In this document: one piece after another, positions 10,229 to 20,114 of the stretch
How positions within the stretch are numbered: position 1 is the first letter of the stretch
How the letters are laid out: every line of letters begins with the position of its first letter
DNA from: Candidatus Krumholzibacteriota bacterium
GTDB lineage: Bacteria > Krumholzibacteriota > Krumholzibacteriia > Krumholzibacteriales > Krumholzibacteriaceae
Length of the DNA stretch: 64,000 nt
Direction of reading: 5' to 3'
Assembly (NCBI GenBank): GCA_030609325.1
Contig: JAUWCL010000012.1
Location: 8,261 to 72,260, forward strand
The notes under the pieces: model-generated
The model's database searches: none
The model's input: only the letters and a program-made list of their open reading frames with translations
Told to the model about the DNA's origin: nothing
Program-made: the position numbers and the translations under genes

Positions 10229-11446
10229 TCAGCGCGTGATCTTCGCGTCGAAGTAGAACTGGAAGTTCATGTAGAGGATGTCGTCATCGATGTCCGACTC
10301 GAATTCGTTCGACGTCCTTTTGTTCACGTAGTTGAGCTGAAGCCTCATGTTCTCCAGTGGCGAGTAATTGATCCCCGCCGTCCAGTTGTCCTGGATGGTC
10401 TTGTTACCGTCGCGCCCCGATTCGCTGACGAACCTGTCGAACCTCAGCGCCAGCTCGAGACTGCCGCTCTTCACAGGCACGACCGCCTGCACCCCCCATC
10501 CGGAATAATCGAACAGGTATCTCTGCGAATCGAAGTAATCGTCCATCTCGCCCTCGCCGTAGAATCCGTAGATCCTCTGTCCCCAGGGCAGGCCGATGGC
10601 AAGATCGGCCGCCCAGGTGCTTCTGTCGATATCCAGCACGGGGCCGCGCTCGCCCAGTGCGAAATCATCGTGCTCGTTGCTGCTCGCGTGCACGCCGGCC
10701 GTCACGGAGGAGGCGGGTGATATCTCCAGACGCGCGCCGTAGTACATGTCCCCCAGCGAGTTCGTGAAGAGAAACTCCTCGTTCTCGCGGCCGCCTATGT
10801 ACCTGTTGGCCCCGAGGCCGTTCCCCGCCATGAGAAACCAGCCTATCCGCCGCCCGCTGTCCGGCCACGATCCCTTCACCGCCAGCCCCAGGTCCCTGTC
10901 GTAGGACTTCGCCGCCATGACCGAAGAGATATAAGGCGTCCTGGTCAGCGAATAGTCGCCTGACTTCCTGCCGAAGGTCGACCTGGAGGCGAAATCGAGC
11001 TCGTTGTAGGAAGTGAGCACCTCGGTGGTAGAGGGGATCTTCATCTGGCCGATAAATATCCGGAAGAGGCGCGACGGCAGCCACCCGCCGTAGAAGTCGA
11101 CGATGTCCGTCCTCTCCTCGAGGCGGATACTTATGAGGAGCTCGAGATCACCGCGTGATGACCCCAGGATGAAGGCGATCCTTCCATGCCTGAAGGCGAA
11201 TCCGGACGCGTGATCGGCTGCCCTGTCTCCGCTTCCCTGCTGGACCAGGCCGTTCTGGACCTGCTCGTGGATCGTCCACCAGAAACTGGCCGTGGCCTCC
11301 ATGCCGATATTCGGAGCCTCGCCGGCGTGGCCATCTGCGGCCGCCGCCGAAAGCAGCAGGGCCGTGGCAAGGAGCGTTTTCTTTGAAACAGCTGTCCTTT
11401 TCTTCAAGACATGTTTCGCCCGGACCGGTCTTTGTGGATGTATCAA
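10229..11446 (-). CDS. Outer-membrane porin (phosphate-selective O/P-like)
   Basis: Signal peptide, 'GQMKIP', 'RDLG', 'TAGINY', terminal 'FQFYF' strand. Confidence 0.75.
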   Translation of the reverse strand: MIHPQRPVRAKHVLKKRTAVSKKTLLATALLLSAAAADGHAGEAPNIGMEATASFWWTIHEQVQNGLVQQGSGDRAADHASGFAFRHGRIAFILGSSRGDLELLISIRLEERTDIVDFYGGWLPSRLFRIFIGQMKIPSTTEVLTSYNELDFASRSTFGRKSGDYSLTRTPYISSVMAAKSYDRDLGLAVKGSWPDSGRRIGWFLMAGNGLGANRYIGGRENEEFLFTNSLGDMYYGARLEISPASSVTAGVHASSNEHDDFALGERGPVLDIDRSTWAADLAIGLPWGQRIYGFYGEGEMDDYFDSQRYLFDYSGWGVQAVVPVKSGSLELALRFDRFVSESGRDGNKTIQDNWTAGINYSPLENMRLQLNYVNKRTSNEFESDIDDDILYMNFQFYFDAKITR

Positions 11447-12699
11447 TCCGCCGGCACCCCGTGGCCGTAGACGAGGATCGCCTCCTCATCGATAAGCGAC
11501 CATCCGCCGTTGATGATATCGAATTCCTCGCATCCTTCGGGCATGGGGTTTATGCGGATTATGACAGCACCCTTGATCATGCTTCCCGCGTTGTGGTCTT
11601 TGTCAGTGTCGAAATCCCACTCGCGTAATGTGCACCCGGTGTTGTCCTGGTTCTTTCCCCTGTCCGGCGTGTTGAACTCGTCGTTTTCAGAGACCGGCGG
11701 TATCACGTTTCTGAACGGTCCCTCGCCGATGATCCTGCCCGTCACGGGATCGAGGTACGACTTCTCGAGGGGAGCGCCGTCGCGCTCCCAGGCCAGTATG
11801 TGCCACTGCTCGTGGCCGGTGTTCGGGCCTATCCAGTCTCCGTGACCCAGGGTGTAAGTCTCGGGGGGATACTCGACGAAGGCGCAGTCGGCGCCCAGGG
11901 CGTACACGTCGAATCCTTCCCAGAAGCGGTGGTCGGGGTACTGACTGGTTATCTGCTCGATGGTGAACGAGCGGGCATATCCGTCGGGGGCCATCACGTC
12001 GACGCTTGTCGCCCCGGTGAGATCTACTCCAACGGCATCGAGCAGGTCTTTGATCTTCACTCCGGTGTAGGTCGCGTAATAGTCGAACTGCTGCTTCGTC
12101 GTGTTGGCCAGCCCGAACTGGGTGTGGGAAGGCATCTCGAGCAGCTCCTCCATCGTCACTTTCACGGCGGGGCAGAGCTCGAGGCCGGGGTAGCTCCCTG
12201 CGTCCCCGGGGTACCTCAGCGCCTCTATCTCGGACGAGTTGATATACCCGTCCCCGTCACTGTCAAGAGTAGCGATCGCCGCGATCGCCGGATCGTCCCT
12301 GCCGGCGTCGTCATAGGCGGCTCCGTATGTGTTGAGCGTCTCGGAAAAGCTCGCTGGAAGCCCGGTCCATCCCTGCGGCGGATGGATCACGAAGTGGCAG
12401 TAGTCGCATGGATTCGCGTGGACGACGCCCCTGTCGCCCGTGACCTCGCCTCCCGTATGGCAGGTCTGGCAGTCGTCGAGGCGCGTACCGACCGTGTGAG
12501 GGTAGGCCTTGACGAAATTGTTTATATCGGTGTCCGAGGCATGTCCCCGGTATGACCTGGATGACCTGACCTCCGAAGGAGCCGCCGGATTGTCGTCGGA
12601 GCAGTTGAGCAGAAGCCCCATGACGACAGCCAGGGCAGGCAGAAGGATGTACTGCAATCGTATGCGTCGCAAGACCCCCATCAATACCGTCCTTTTCAT
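11443..12699 (-). CDS. Diheme c-type cytochrome lipoprotein with GEGP motif and a sulfite-oxidase-like domain
   Basis: Lipobox-like LLNC; CQTCH and CDYCH; 'YTGV..KDLL...PDGY...ILAWERDG.PL...GEGPFR'. Confidence 0.75.
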   Translation of the reverse strand: MKRTVLMGVLRRIRLQYILLPALAVVMGLLLNCSDDNPAAPSEVRSSRSYRGHASDTDINNFVKAYPHTVGTRLDDCQTCHTGGEVTGDRGVVHANPCDYCHFVIHPPQGWTGLPASFSETLNTYGAAYDDAGRDDPAIAAIATLDSDGDGYINSSEIEALRYPGDAGSYPGLELCPAVKVTMEELLEMPSHTQFGLANTTKQQFDYYATYTGVKIKDLLDAVGVDLTGATSVDVMAPDGYARSFTIEQITSQYPDHRFWEGFDVYALGADCAFVEYPPETYTLGHGDWIGPNTGHEQWHILAWERDGAPLEKSYLDPVTGRIIGEGPFRNVIPPVSENDEFNTPDRGKNQDNTGCTLREWDFDTDKDHNAGSMIKGAVIIRINPMPEGCEEFDIINGGWSLIDEEAILVYGHGVPAD

Positions 12700-12876
12700 T
12701 GCCGGTTGCGAACCGGGTAACGAACCAGACCGATATGCACGAACATGCATAACGACTATAAAAATTAAACCGGTTGGAATCCACAAATTCCTTCCGGATG
12801 CGGATAGAGGCGTGACAATATACCGCCGGCCGACCGGAATCAAGGGAAAAGAGACCACAGTAATCGTTCTTATCTG

Positions 12877-12905
12877 TTGAAGAGAACCGGTCGATAGTGT
12901 ATAAT
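12877..12905 (+). promoter_or_regulatory. sigma70-type promoter
   Basis: TTGAAG-17 nt-TATAAT. Confidence 0.55.
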
Positions 12906-12911
12906 CATTCG

Positions 12912-13037
12912 AAATCAGTAACCGCCAAGTACGGCGATGACGAAAAGGACGACTGACAGGTAAACGCCGCCCCTGTTCACCGATAGCGGCGAAGCCCCGG
13001 TATCCGGCCATGCAGCCGGGGAACGGGGCCTTTTTTT
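12912..13037 (+). ncRNA. Candidate small RNA or attenuated leader
   Basis: Lies between the promoter at 12877 and the intrinsic terminator; contains hairpins and only an 8-codon ORF. Confidence 0.35.
12994..13037 (+). terminator. Rho-independent terminator
   Basis: GCCCCG..CCGGC-CATGCA-GCCGG..CGGGGC stem followed by T7. Confidence 0.65.
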
Positions 13038-13277
13038 ATCCCTTACGGAACAAAAGCCACGGTATACTTGTATAATCCCGGTATGGACTGCCCGACACGG
13101 ACCCGGTAAAGCATTGACATACCGGCCCGATACTGTATTTTGAGGTTGAAACGGCCGTGCAGAGGCCGTAAAATCCTGCACCTGTTGACGGAATAATCGA
13201 GACAGGGGCGCCCGCACCGCCGGACGCCTCTTTCAGACTGCGGCAACTAAATCAATTACACAGGAAAGGAGCCGTAC

Positions 13278-14216
13278 ATGATCGAGATTTCCGGATTGAC
13301 GAGATACTACGGTGACCTTTGCGCCCTCGATCACATCAGCCTGACGATTGAAAAGGGTAAGATCCTCGGGCTGCTCGGGCCGAACGGCGCGGGGAAGACG
13401 ACCGCGATGCGGATCCTCACCGGCTATCTCGCTCCCACGGAGGGCACGGTCACGGTGAAGGGGCATTCGATCGACGGCGGTATTCTCGAGATCAAGAAAC
13501 TGATCGGGTATCTCCCCGAATCCGCTCCCCTCTACCAGGACATGCTCGTCTACGACTACCTCCAGTACGTCGCCGACATCCGTGAGATGCCGAAGGAAGG
13601 CAGGGAGGGAAAGATCAGGGAGATCGCGGCGATCTGCGGCCTCGAGAGCGTGATGCACAGATCGGTCCATGAGCTGTCCAAGGGATTCAAGCAGAGGGTC
13701 GGGCTCGCGCACGCGATGATGAGCGATCCCGAGATCCTCATCCTCGACGAGCCCACCGCGGGCCTCGACCCGAACCAGATCGCCGAGATCAGGGACATCA
13801 TCAAGAAGATAGGCCGAGAGAAGACGGTCATACTCTCGACGCACATCCTCAGCGAGGTCGAGGCGACCTGCGACCGGGTGGTCATCATAAACCAGGGCAG
13901 GATAGTCGCCGACGGTTCTACAGAGGAGCTCAAGCGGACCACGACCGAGGACTATGCGATCAGCCTCCTGCTCAAGGGAGCGCCCGAGGGCGAGGCGAAG
14001 GAGCTCTTCGCCGGCCTTGACGGCGTCGCCTCGGTCGACGCGAGCGGGGAGGACGGCATGATGCGCCTGCGCCTCTCGTGCAGGACCGGCGACGACCTTC
14101 GCGAGCAGGTATATTCGCGCGTGAAGACGAAGGACTGGGCCCTTCTCGAGCTGACCCGCGAGTCGAAGAGCCTCGAGAGCATCTTCAGCGAACTCACACA
14201 GGAAAAGGAGGGATGA
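13278..14216 (+). CDS. ABC transporter ATP-binding protein (GldA-like)
   Basis: GPNGAGKTT, LSKG, ILDEPT..GLDP. Confidence 0.9.
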   Translation: MIEISGLTRYYGDLCALDHISLTIEKGKILGLLGPNGAGKTTAMRILTGYLAPTEGTVTVKGHSIDGGILEIKKLIGYLPESAPLYQDMLVYDYLQYVADIREMPKEGREGKIREIAAICGLESVMHRSVHELSKGFKQRVGLAHAMMSDPEILILDEPTAGLDPNQIAEIRDIIKKIGREKTVILSTHILSEVEATCDRVVIINQGRIVADGSTEELKRTTTEDYAISLLLKGAPEGEAKELFAGLDGVASVDASGEDGMMRLRLSCRTGDDLREQVYSRVKTKDWALLELTRESKSLESIFSELTQEKEG

Positions 14217-14217
14217 G

Positions 14218-14931
14218 ATGACGGCCGTGGCAAACACAGCGCATATATTCAGGCGGGAGTTCATGCACTATTTCGTGACTCCCATCGCCTATATCGTGAT
14301 AGCGATATTCCTCATCCTGACCGGCTGGTTCTTCTTTTCGACTTTCTTCCTGTACAGCCAGGCGGATCTGAGGAATTTCTACTCGCTGCTCCCGATAATA
14401 TTTTCGTTCATCATACCGATGATCACGATGAGGCTCTTCTCCGAGGAGTACAACGTAGGCTCGTACGAGACACTTGTAACGATGCCGGTGACCGACCGCG
14501 ACATCATCCTCGGCAAGTTCTTCGCCGCGCTGGCATTCATCGCGGTGATGCTCCTGCCGACGATAGGCTACGCGATCTCGGTCTCGTTCCTCGGCGAGCT
14601 CGACTGGGGGCCGGTCGTCGGAGGTTATATCGGCGCCCTCCTCCTCGGGGCGGCGTTCAGCGCCGTCGGCCTCTTCTCCTCGGCTCTGACGAAGAACCAG
14701 ATCATAGCGTTCATCATCGGGATGATCATCTGTTTCTCCCTGACGATGATCGACAAGATCCTCTTTTTCCTCCCCGAGTCTATGCTGGGGTTCTTCCAGT
14801 TCATCGGGGCGGACTATCATTTCGGGAACGTGTCGAGGGGGATACTCGATACGAGGGACACACTGTACTTCGTGAGCATCGTCTTCGTGGCGCTCTACGG
14901 GACCTTCCTGGTGCTCCAGGAAAAGAAATAG
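14218..14931 (+). CDS. ABC-2 permease (GldF-like)
   Basis: 'YF.TPIAY', 'MRLFSEE', 'ILGKF', 'TKNQIIA'. Confidence 0.85.
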   Translation: MTAVANTAHIFRREFMHYFVTPIAYIVIAIFLILTGWFFFSTFFLYSQADLRNFYSLLPIIFSFIIPMITMRLFSEEYNVGSYETLVTMPVTDRDIILGKFFAALAFIAVMLLPTIGYAISVSFLGELDWGPVVGGYIGALLLGAAFSAVGLFSSALTKNQIIAFIIGMIICFSLTMIDKILFFLPESMLGFFQFIGADYHFGNVSRGILDTRDTLYFVSIVFVALYGTFLVLQEKK

Positions 14932-14943
14932 GGAGGAGGAAAG

Positions 14944-17142
14944 ATGAAAAGGCGAATGAAATTGGGCAAGTACTACAGATTCCTCGTTTACCTCGCTGTC
15001 GTCATCCTGGTCAATGTGGCCGGCCAGACCCTCTTCCTCAGGGCGGATCTCACTTCGAACGGCATCTACTCGCTGTCAGAGGCGAGCCGGGACGTGGTGG
15101 GGAACCTCTCCGAGCCGCTGACGATAAACGTTTTCTTCACGAGGAACCTGCCCGCTCCCCATAACAACACGGAGCGCTACCTCAGGGACCTCATCGAGGA
15201 ATACTCGGTCCACTCGAACAGGTACTTCAACTACCGGTTCTACGACGTCAGCACGGAGGAGGGCGACCTCGGCGAGGACGAGAAGCGCAACCAGCAGCTC
15301 GCCCGCGACTTCGGGATCCAACCGGTCCAGATACAGGACATCGAACAGGACGAGGTGAAGTTCAAGAGAGCCTACATGGGGATGGTCTTCATCCACGGCG
15401 ACGTCGTCGACAAGATCCCCGCGATCACGTCGACCGACGGGCTCGAGTACACGATCACCTCGAAGATAGAGAAGATGAACAACAAGATCAGCGCCCTCGT
15501 CGGGATGCAGGAGCCGGTGAGCGTGAAGCTGATGTTCTCGCCGGCCCTGATCGACATCGCTCCCCAGGTTCGCATGGAGGGCATCTCGGAGATGCCCACA
15601 CGCATAGAGGAGATTGTCGGGGAGCTCGGCGGGAAGTACTACGGCAAGCTCGAGTTCTCCGTGACAGATCCGACGTCTGATCCGACGGCCGAGGCTGAAA
15701 ACAGCAAGTACAACCTCGTCACCCTGAGGTGGCGCGAGATGACCGACGCCACCGGCGCGGTAGTGGTACCCGCCGGGCGGGGAGCCGCCGCTATCGTCGT
15801 CGAGAAGGGTGACAAGTTCAGAACGCTGCACCTGATCGAGGTATTCAACGTTCCCCTCTTCGGCACCCAGTATCAGCTGGCCGATCTCGCGACGCTGTCC
15901 GAGCGGATCGGCGAGGCGATAGATGACGTGATCGACATCAACAAGAGAATTGGATACCTCGCGAGCCACGGCACGGCGCCGCTGCGGGGCGGTCAGCCGA
16001 TGCCGGGCCAGCCGCAGCCTCTCTCGACGGGGCTGACTCACTTCAACGCCCTTCTGTCGGAGAACTACTCGGTCAGCGAGATCACTCTGTCCGAGGGCGT
16101 CCCCGACGGGATCGACTGCCTCATCATGGCCGGCCCGAAGAAGACGCTGAGCGACTACGAGCTCTTCCAGATCGACCAGTTCCTGATGAAGGGAAGGTCG
16201 CTGGCGATATTCTACGATTCGTTCGACGAGATGAACATGCCGCAGAACCAGATGGGACGCCAGCAGGGGCCGGTCTTCCTGCCGGTCAGCACGGGGCTGG
16301 AGAAGATGCTCGACCACTACGGGGTGTCGATAAAGCAGTCGTACGTGCTCGACAGGAGCTGCTTCGAGCAGCAGCTGCCCAGGCAGTACGGCGGCGGCAA
16401 GCAGGAGATCTACTTCGCTCCGATCATCGGGGACGATAAGATCAACGACAGGCTCGATTTCATGAAGTATGTGAAGTCGCTGGTCATGCTCAAGGTCTCT
16501 CCGCTCGAGTTGAGGGAGGACGCACTCGCGGCGGCGGGCCTGACGGGCGACGTGATCTTCTCCTCGTCCGACGAGTCGTGGGAGATGAGCGGCAGGATAG
16601 ACTTCAGCCCCTGGGCTATGCAGCCCCCCGAAGACCCGGCCGAGATGGAGAGCTTCCCGCTTGCGGTGCTGATCGGCGGCGAGTTTCCCAGCTGGTTCGC
16701 AGGAAAGCCCGTTCCCGAGAAGCCGGTGCCAGGGGGCGAGGAGGCCGACTCGACAGCTGCCGCCGACGTATCGGGCGGGCAGGGCACCGATCTCATCACC
16801 GGCGAGGGCGCCGTGATCGAGAAGGGCAGGCCGGGAAAGATCTTCCTCATCACGAGCTCGGAGATCCTCGGCAACAACATCCTCGACGAGGCCGGCGCTT
16901 CGACGCAGGCGACGTTCATCATGAACGTAATCGATCATCTCAACGGCAGGGACGCCTACGCCGACATGAGGGGAAAAACGCAGCGCTTCAATCCCCTCAG
17001 GGACACCGGCGCTGGCGTCAGGACTTTCGTCAAGACTCTCAATATCGCCGGGCTGCCCGTACTCGTCGTGGCGCTCGGTATTGTGGTATGGGCGAGGCGC
17101 TCCGGCAGGAAGCGCCGCATCCAGGCGATGTTTGCAAAGTAG
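14944..17142 (+). CDS. GldG-like ABC auxiliary membrane/periplasmic protein
   Basis: 'DLT....YSLS', 'LEY.IT..I', 'IGYL..HG', 'IDQFLM.G'; N- and C-terminal TM helices. Confidence 0.85.
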   Translation: MKRRMKLGKYYRFLVYLAVVILVNVAGQTLFLRADLTSNGIYSLSEASRDVVGNLSEPLTINVFFTRNLPAPHNNTERYLRDLIEEYSVHSNRYFNYRFYDVSTEEGDLGEDEKRNQQLARDFGIQPVQIQDIEQDEVKFKRAYMGMVFIHGDVVDKIPAITSTDGLEYTITSKIEKMNNKISALVGMQEPVSVKLMFSPALIDIAPQVRMEGISEMPTRIEEIVGELGGKYYGKLEFSVTDPTSDPTAEAENSKYNLVTLRWREMTDATGAVVVPAGRGAAAIVVEKGDKFRTLHLIEVFNVPLFGTQYQLADLATLSERIGEAIDDVIDINKRIGYLASHGTAPLRGGQPMPGQPQPLSTGLTHFNALLSENYSVSEITLSEGVPDGIDCLIMAGPKKTLSDYELFQIDQFLMKGRSLAIFYDSFDEMNMPQNQMGRQQGPVFLPVSTGLEKMLDHYGVSIKQSYVLDRSCFEQQLPRQYGGGKQEIYFAPIIGDDKINDRLDFMKYVKSLVMLKVSPLELREDALAAAGLTGDVIFSSSDESWEMSGRIDFSPWAMQPPEDPAEMESFPLAVLIGGEFPSWFAGKPVPEKPVPGGEEADSTAAADVSGGQGTDLITGEGAVIEKGRPGKIFLITSSEILGNNILDEAGASTQATFIMNVIDHLNGRDAYADMRGKTQRFNPLRDTGAGVRTFVKTLNIAGLPVLVVALGIVVWARRSGRKRRIQAMFAK

Positions 17143-17163
17143 AGCAGGCGGGAGGAAAGAGAA

Positions 17164-18111
17164 GTGAAGAAGGAATACATAATACTCGCGGTAGCCATCG
17201 TAGCCCTTGTCCTCTACCTCGTTCTCAGGGACAGCGACAGGACCCATTACGATATCCCTGAGATCGCAAAGCCCGCGAAGGAGCAGATCACGAGGCTCGA
17301 TGTGCGCGGGCCATCCGGCACGCTGGTGCTGAAGAGGTTCGACGACGTCTGGCTGTCGCAGCCGGAAGGGTATCCCATTGACAAGGGCAAGGTCGGCGGG
17401 ATGCTCGACGCGCTGAGCGGCCTCGACGTCGTCTCGCTCGTCTCCGAGGCTGAGAGCTACGGGCAGTACGACCTGGAAGAGGACAAGAGGATATTTATCG
17501 AGGCTTCGGGCGGGGAAGAGTCTCTGCTGAAGCTCGATATCGGAAAGACGGCGTCGACCCATCGCCACACATATGTAAAGCTCGCGGGCGATCCCGGGGT
17601 CTACCAGGTCAGCGGTAATATCAGGCGGATATTCGATGTCACAGGCGCATCGCTGCGTGATAAAAAGGTCATGATGCTCAACAGGGCCGCCGTTACGGGG
17701 ATCACCGTCTCGAGCGGCGGCGAGAGCCTGACCCTGACCAAGATCTCGCGCCCCGTCGAGCCGGTCGAAGAGAGCGGAGAGCCGCCCCAGGCGGTCACCG
17801 CATGGCTCACGGCCGACAGCAGCGACGCCGACGGTACCGTGGTCGACGGCATCCTCAGCCGAGTGGTCAACCTTCAGTGCGACGGTTTCCCGGAAGACGA
17901 TTTTCAGGTCGACCTTAGCGAGCCGACATTCACTCTTATCATCCATGGCGCGGAATCCGACACGCTGAGCATATACGGGCTGTCGGGTGAGAAGATGTTT
18001 CTTGCGACCTCGTCGCAGTACGATTTCCCGTTCATGCTCTCCGAGTGGAAGATCAACCAGATAAAGAAGACCCCGTCAGAAGTGATGGGGCAGGCGGATG
18101 AAGAGGAATAG
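17164..18111 (+). CDS. DUF4340-like protein
   Basis: N-terminal anchor, 'L.IGK', 'LRDK'; usual position after gldG-like genes. Confidence 0.7.
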   Translation: MKKEYIILAVAIVALVLYLVLRDSDRTHYDIPEIAKPAKEQITRLDVRGPSGTLVLKRFDDVWLSQPEGYPIDKGKVGGMLDALSGLDVVSLVSEAESYGQYDLEEDKRIFIEASGGEESLLKLDIGKTASTHRHTYVKLAGDPGVYQVSGNIRRIFDVTGASLRDKKVMMLNRAAVTGITVSSGGESLTLTKISRPVEPVEESGEPPQAVTAWLTADSSDADGTVVDGILSRVVNLQCDGFPEDDFQVDLSEPTFTLIIHGAESDTLSIYGLSGEKMFLATSSQYDFPFMLSEWKINQIKKTPSEVMGQADEEE

Positions 18112-18179
18112 CGACATCATCGCGGACCGAACTGAAAGTCAAGCATCATTGGGGGTTAACCCGGATGCTGAAGGAGTCC

Positions 18180-18420
18180 CCACGAACCTTCTCGGAATCC
18201 TCGTCCGAACCGAAGTAAACGCCCCAGGTGAGGATGTCATCCTTGTCGGGATCGTCTGCCGACCAGGAGAGGTGGACGCCGGTGATCTGGATGTCGACGG
18301 CGCCGTCGGCCGGTGTCGGGCTGGACGGAGTAGAGCACGAGGTCGCCGTTCGGATCGGAGCACTCCCACGAGACGGTGAGGTGCTCCATCGTATACTCGG
18401 AGCTGTCGGCAGGTGCGGGG
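18180..18420 (-). pseudogene. Remnant of a repeated Ig/FN3-like 'SW...DPDGD.L.Y.VYFG' domain
   Basis: Two frames read 'PAPAD..LTVSWECSDPNGDLVLYSV' and 'PTPADGAVD..LSWSADDPDKDDILTWGVYFG'; no start; boundaries approximate. Confidence 0.5.
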
Positions 18421-18492
18421 TGAGCGGCGGGGCGTTATCGGGCGATATCGGCGAGGCGCCTTCACGGAGTTGTTAGAGCAATATCCGGGAAA

Positions 18493-18639
18493 TTACTTCA
18501 GGTTGTCCCAGAGGATCTTCACCTGCTCTTTGGTAAGCTTGACCTTGCCGCCGTCGTCGTCAACGATGATGACAACGTCCTTCTCGACGGTGACCTCGGG
18601 GCAGCACTTGCCCTCGCTGCAGAGCTTGAACTTCTTCAT
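18493..18639 (-). CDS. 48-aa Cys-containing small protein (not in the ORF track)
   Basis: GGAGG RBS; MKKFKLCSEGKCCPEVTVEKDVVIIVDDDGGKVKLTKEQVKILWDNLK; host-like GC3 codon usage. Confidence 0.75.
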   Translation of the reverse strand: MKKFKLCSEGKCCPEVTVEKDVVIIVDDDGGKVKLTKEQVKILWDNLK

Positions 18640-18980
18640 TTTCAACCTCCTCGTGTATCTGACACTGTCAAGTTACACGACAAGGCGTTTCGTGTCAATC
18701 CGTAATGCTTACAAAAACTGTCAGAAAGCGGAGAGGGACCGTCATCGGGCTGCCACTGCTGGTGCCATAATAGTCGAGGCCGAGGATCACAACGGCGTCG
18801 GCGCCCTTCTCGCGGGCCTTAGGGCCTTTAAGTGAATTTAGCTAGGGCTGCTCGGAAGTGCACAAAAACTGGCGAAGCAACTCCTGATTTCATTTTGGGA
18901 TAGAGCGAGGAGGCGAAAAAAACGCCATATTTAGGTTGACAAAAGTTGACATTCGTATATTCTATGATCTGGAGAGGGAA

Positions 18981-20114
18981 ATGAACAGACGTCTCGATAT
19001 TCAAAGAATTTCAAAGACACTTGATGAGTTCGGATGGTCCAGGTCCGATCTTGCTGAGCACATTGGGGTATCTCGCCAGGCAGTATCTCAGTGGATCAAG
19101 GGAGAAAAGTATCCACGCCCAAGACATTTGCTGATGTTGGCAGAGGCGCTCGATCTATCCTTTGAAGAAATTGTTTTAAAAGAAATGGATGGATCTGAAC
19201 CTGTTATAGCAGTCAGAAAAAAAGGCCGTCATAAGATCACGAAAGATTACATTGAAAATGCGATTCGAATGGGCAAGCTCCTTGAAAATCTGGTTCAATA
19301 TCTGCCGTTTGAATCGAAATATACCAAAGCTTCTTCGTTAAAGAACCCCAACCTCGATTATGAATATATTCATGAAGTTGCGTCTGGGATAAGGGGGACA
19401 ATTGACTCCGACCACGGCGAGATTCCGTTTGAAAATCTAATTAGATGTATTGCTGCATATAATGCCGTACTAATCCCCGTTCTGTGGGGAAATAAGCGTT
19501 TTCATGAAAACGCCTTGCATGTATATCTGCCCCAATCAATGACCACATGGATCTATCTCAACCTAGATAGCAAAATCCACGATTTTAAATTCTGGATGGC
19601 CCATGAACTCGGTCATGTGAATGCTCCCGAATTGAGTGGAGATAAAGCTGAAGATTTTGCGGATGCTTTTGCTGGTGCACTATTAGTTGATATTGAAACG
19701 GCGGAGCAGGAATACCATGAGCTTAGGCGATTGAGAATAAAAACGCGACAGATAGCCAGGATTAAAAAGATAGCGGAAGAACTGGTGATTTCTCCTATTA
19801 CTGTTTATCTGGAGATAAACAATTATGCAAGTCATGTGGGTGAAAAAGTAATAGATCTGGAGTCTAATTCTGAAATATACAAGGCGTATACTGTGTTTAA
19901 CAAGAAGCACCCTACTGTTGCCGAGTACTTATTCGATAAAGAAAAGCCTACAACAAGAGAATATATCGAATCGCCGAAAAATCTGTTCGACAGCAATTTC
20001 TTCGAGATTTTAAAGGAATTCCTAACTAAAGAAAGGAAGTCTCCGGGTTACATTCAGAATATCCTCAACATTCCTCTGGCCGATGCACAGCAGATATACC
20101 AAGAGCTCTGGTAA
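18981..20114 (+). CDS. XRE HTH plus ImmA/IrrE (COG2856) Zn-metallopeptidase
   Basis: N-terminal HTH 'SRSDLAEHIGVSRQAVSQW', AHELGH, downstream 'E..AD.FA'; GGAG RBS before the ATG at 18981. Confidence 0.9.
   Translation: MNRRLDIQRISKTLDEFGWSRSDLAEHIGVSRQAVSQWIKGEKYPRPRHLLMLAEALDLSFEEIVLKEMDGSEPVIAVRKKGRHKITKDYIENAIRMGKLLENLVQYLPFESKYTKASSLKNPNLDYEYIHEVASGIRGTIDSDHGEIPFENLIRCIAAYNAVLIPVLWGNKRFHENALHVYLPQSMTTWIYLNLDSKIHDFKFWMAHELGHVNAPELSGDKAEDFADAFAGALLVDIETAEQEYHELRRLRIKTRQIARIKKIAEELVISPITVYLEINNYASHVGEKVIDLESNSEIYKAYTVFNKKHPTVAEYLFDKEKPTTREYIESPKNLFDSNFFEILKEFLTKERKSPGYIQNILNIPLADAQQIYQELW

Noticed and set aside
12920-12945. AACCGCC..GGCGATGAC resembling a fluoride riboswitch
   Set aside because: The 5' GGxGAUG..CC stem and pseudoknot partner are missing
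13045-13095. AAAGCCACGG...CTGCC resembling a c-di-GMP-I riboswitch
   Set aside because: No GAAA-tetraloop P2 stem and no GCAAA motif
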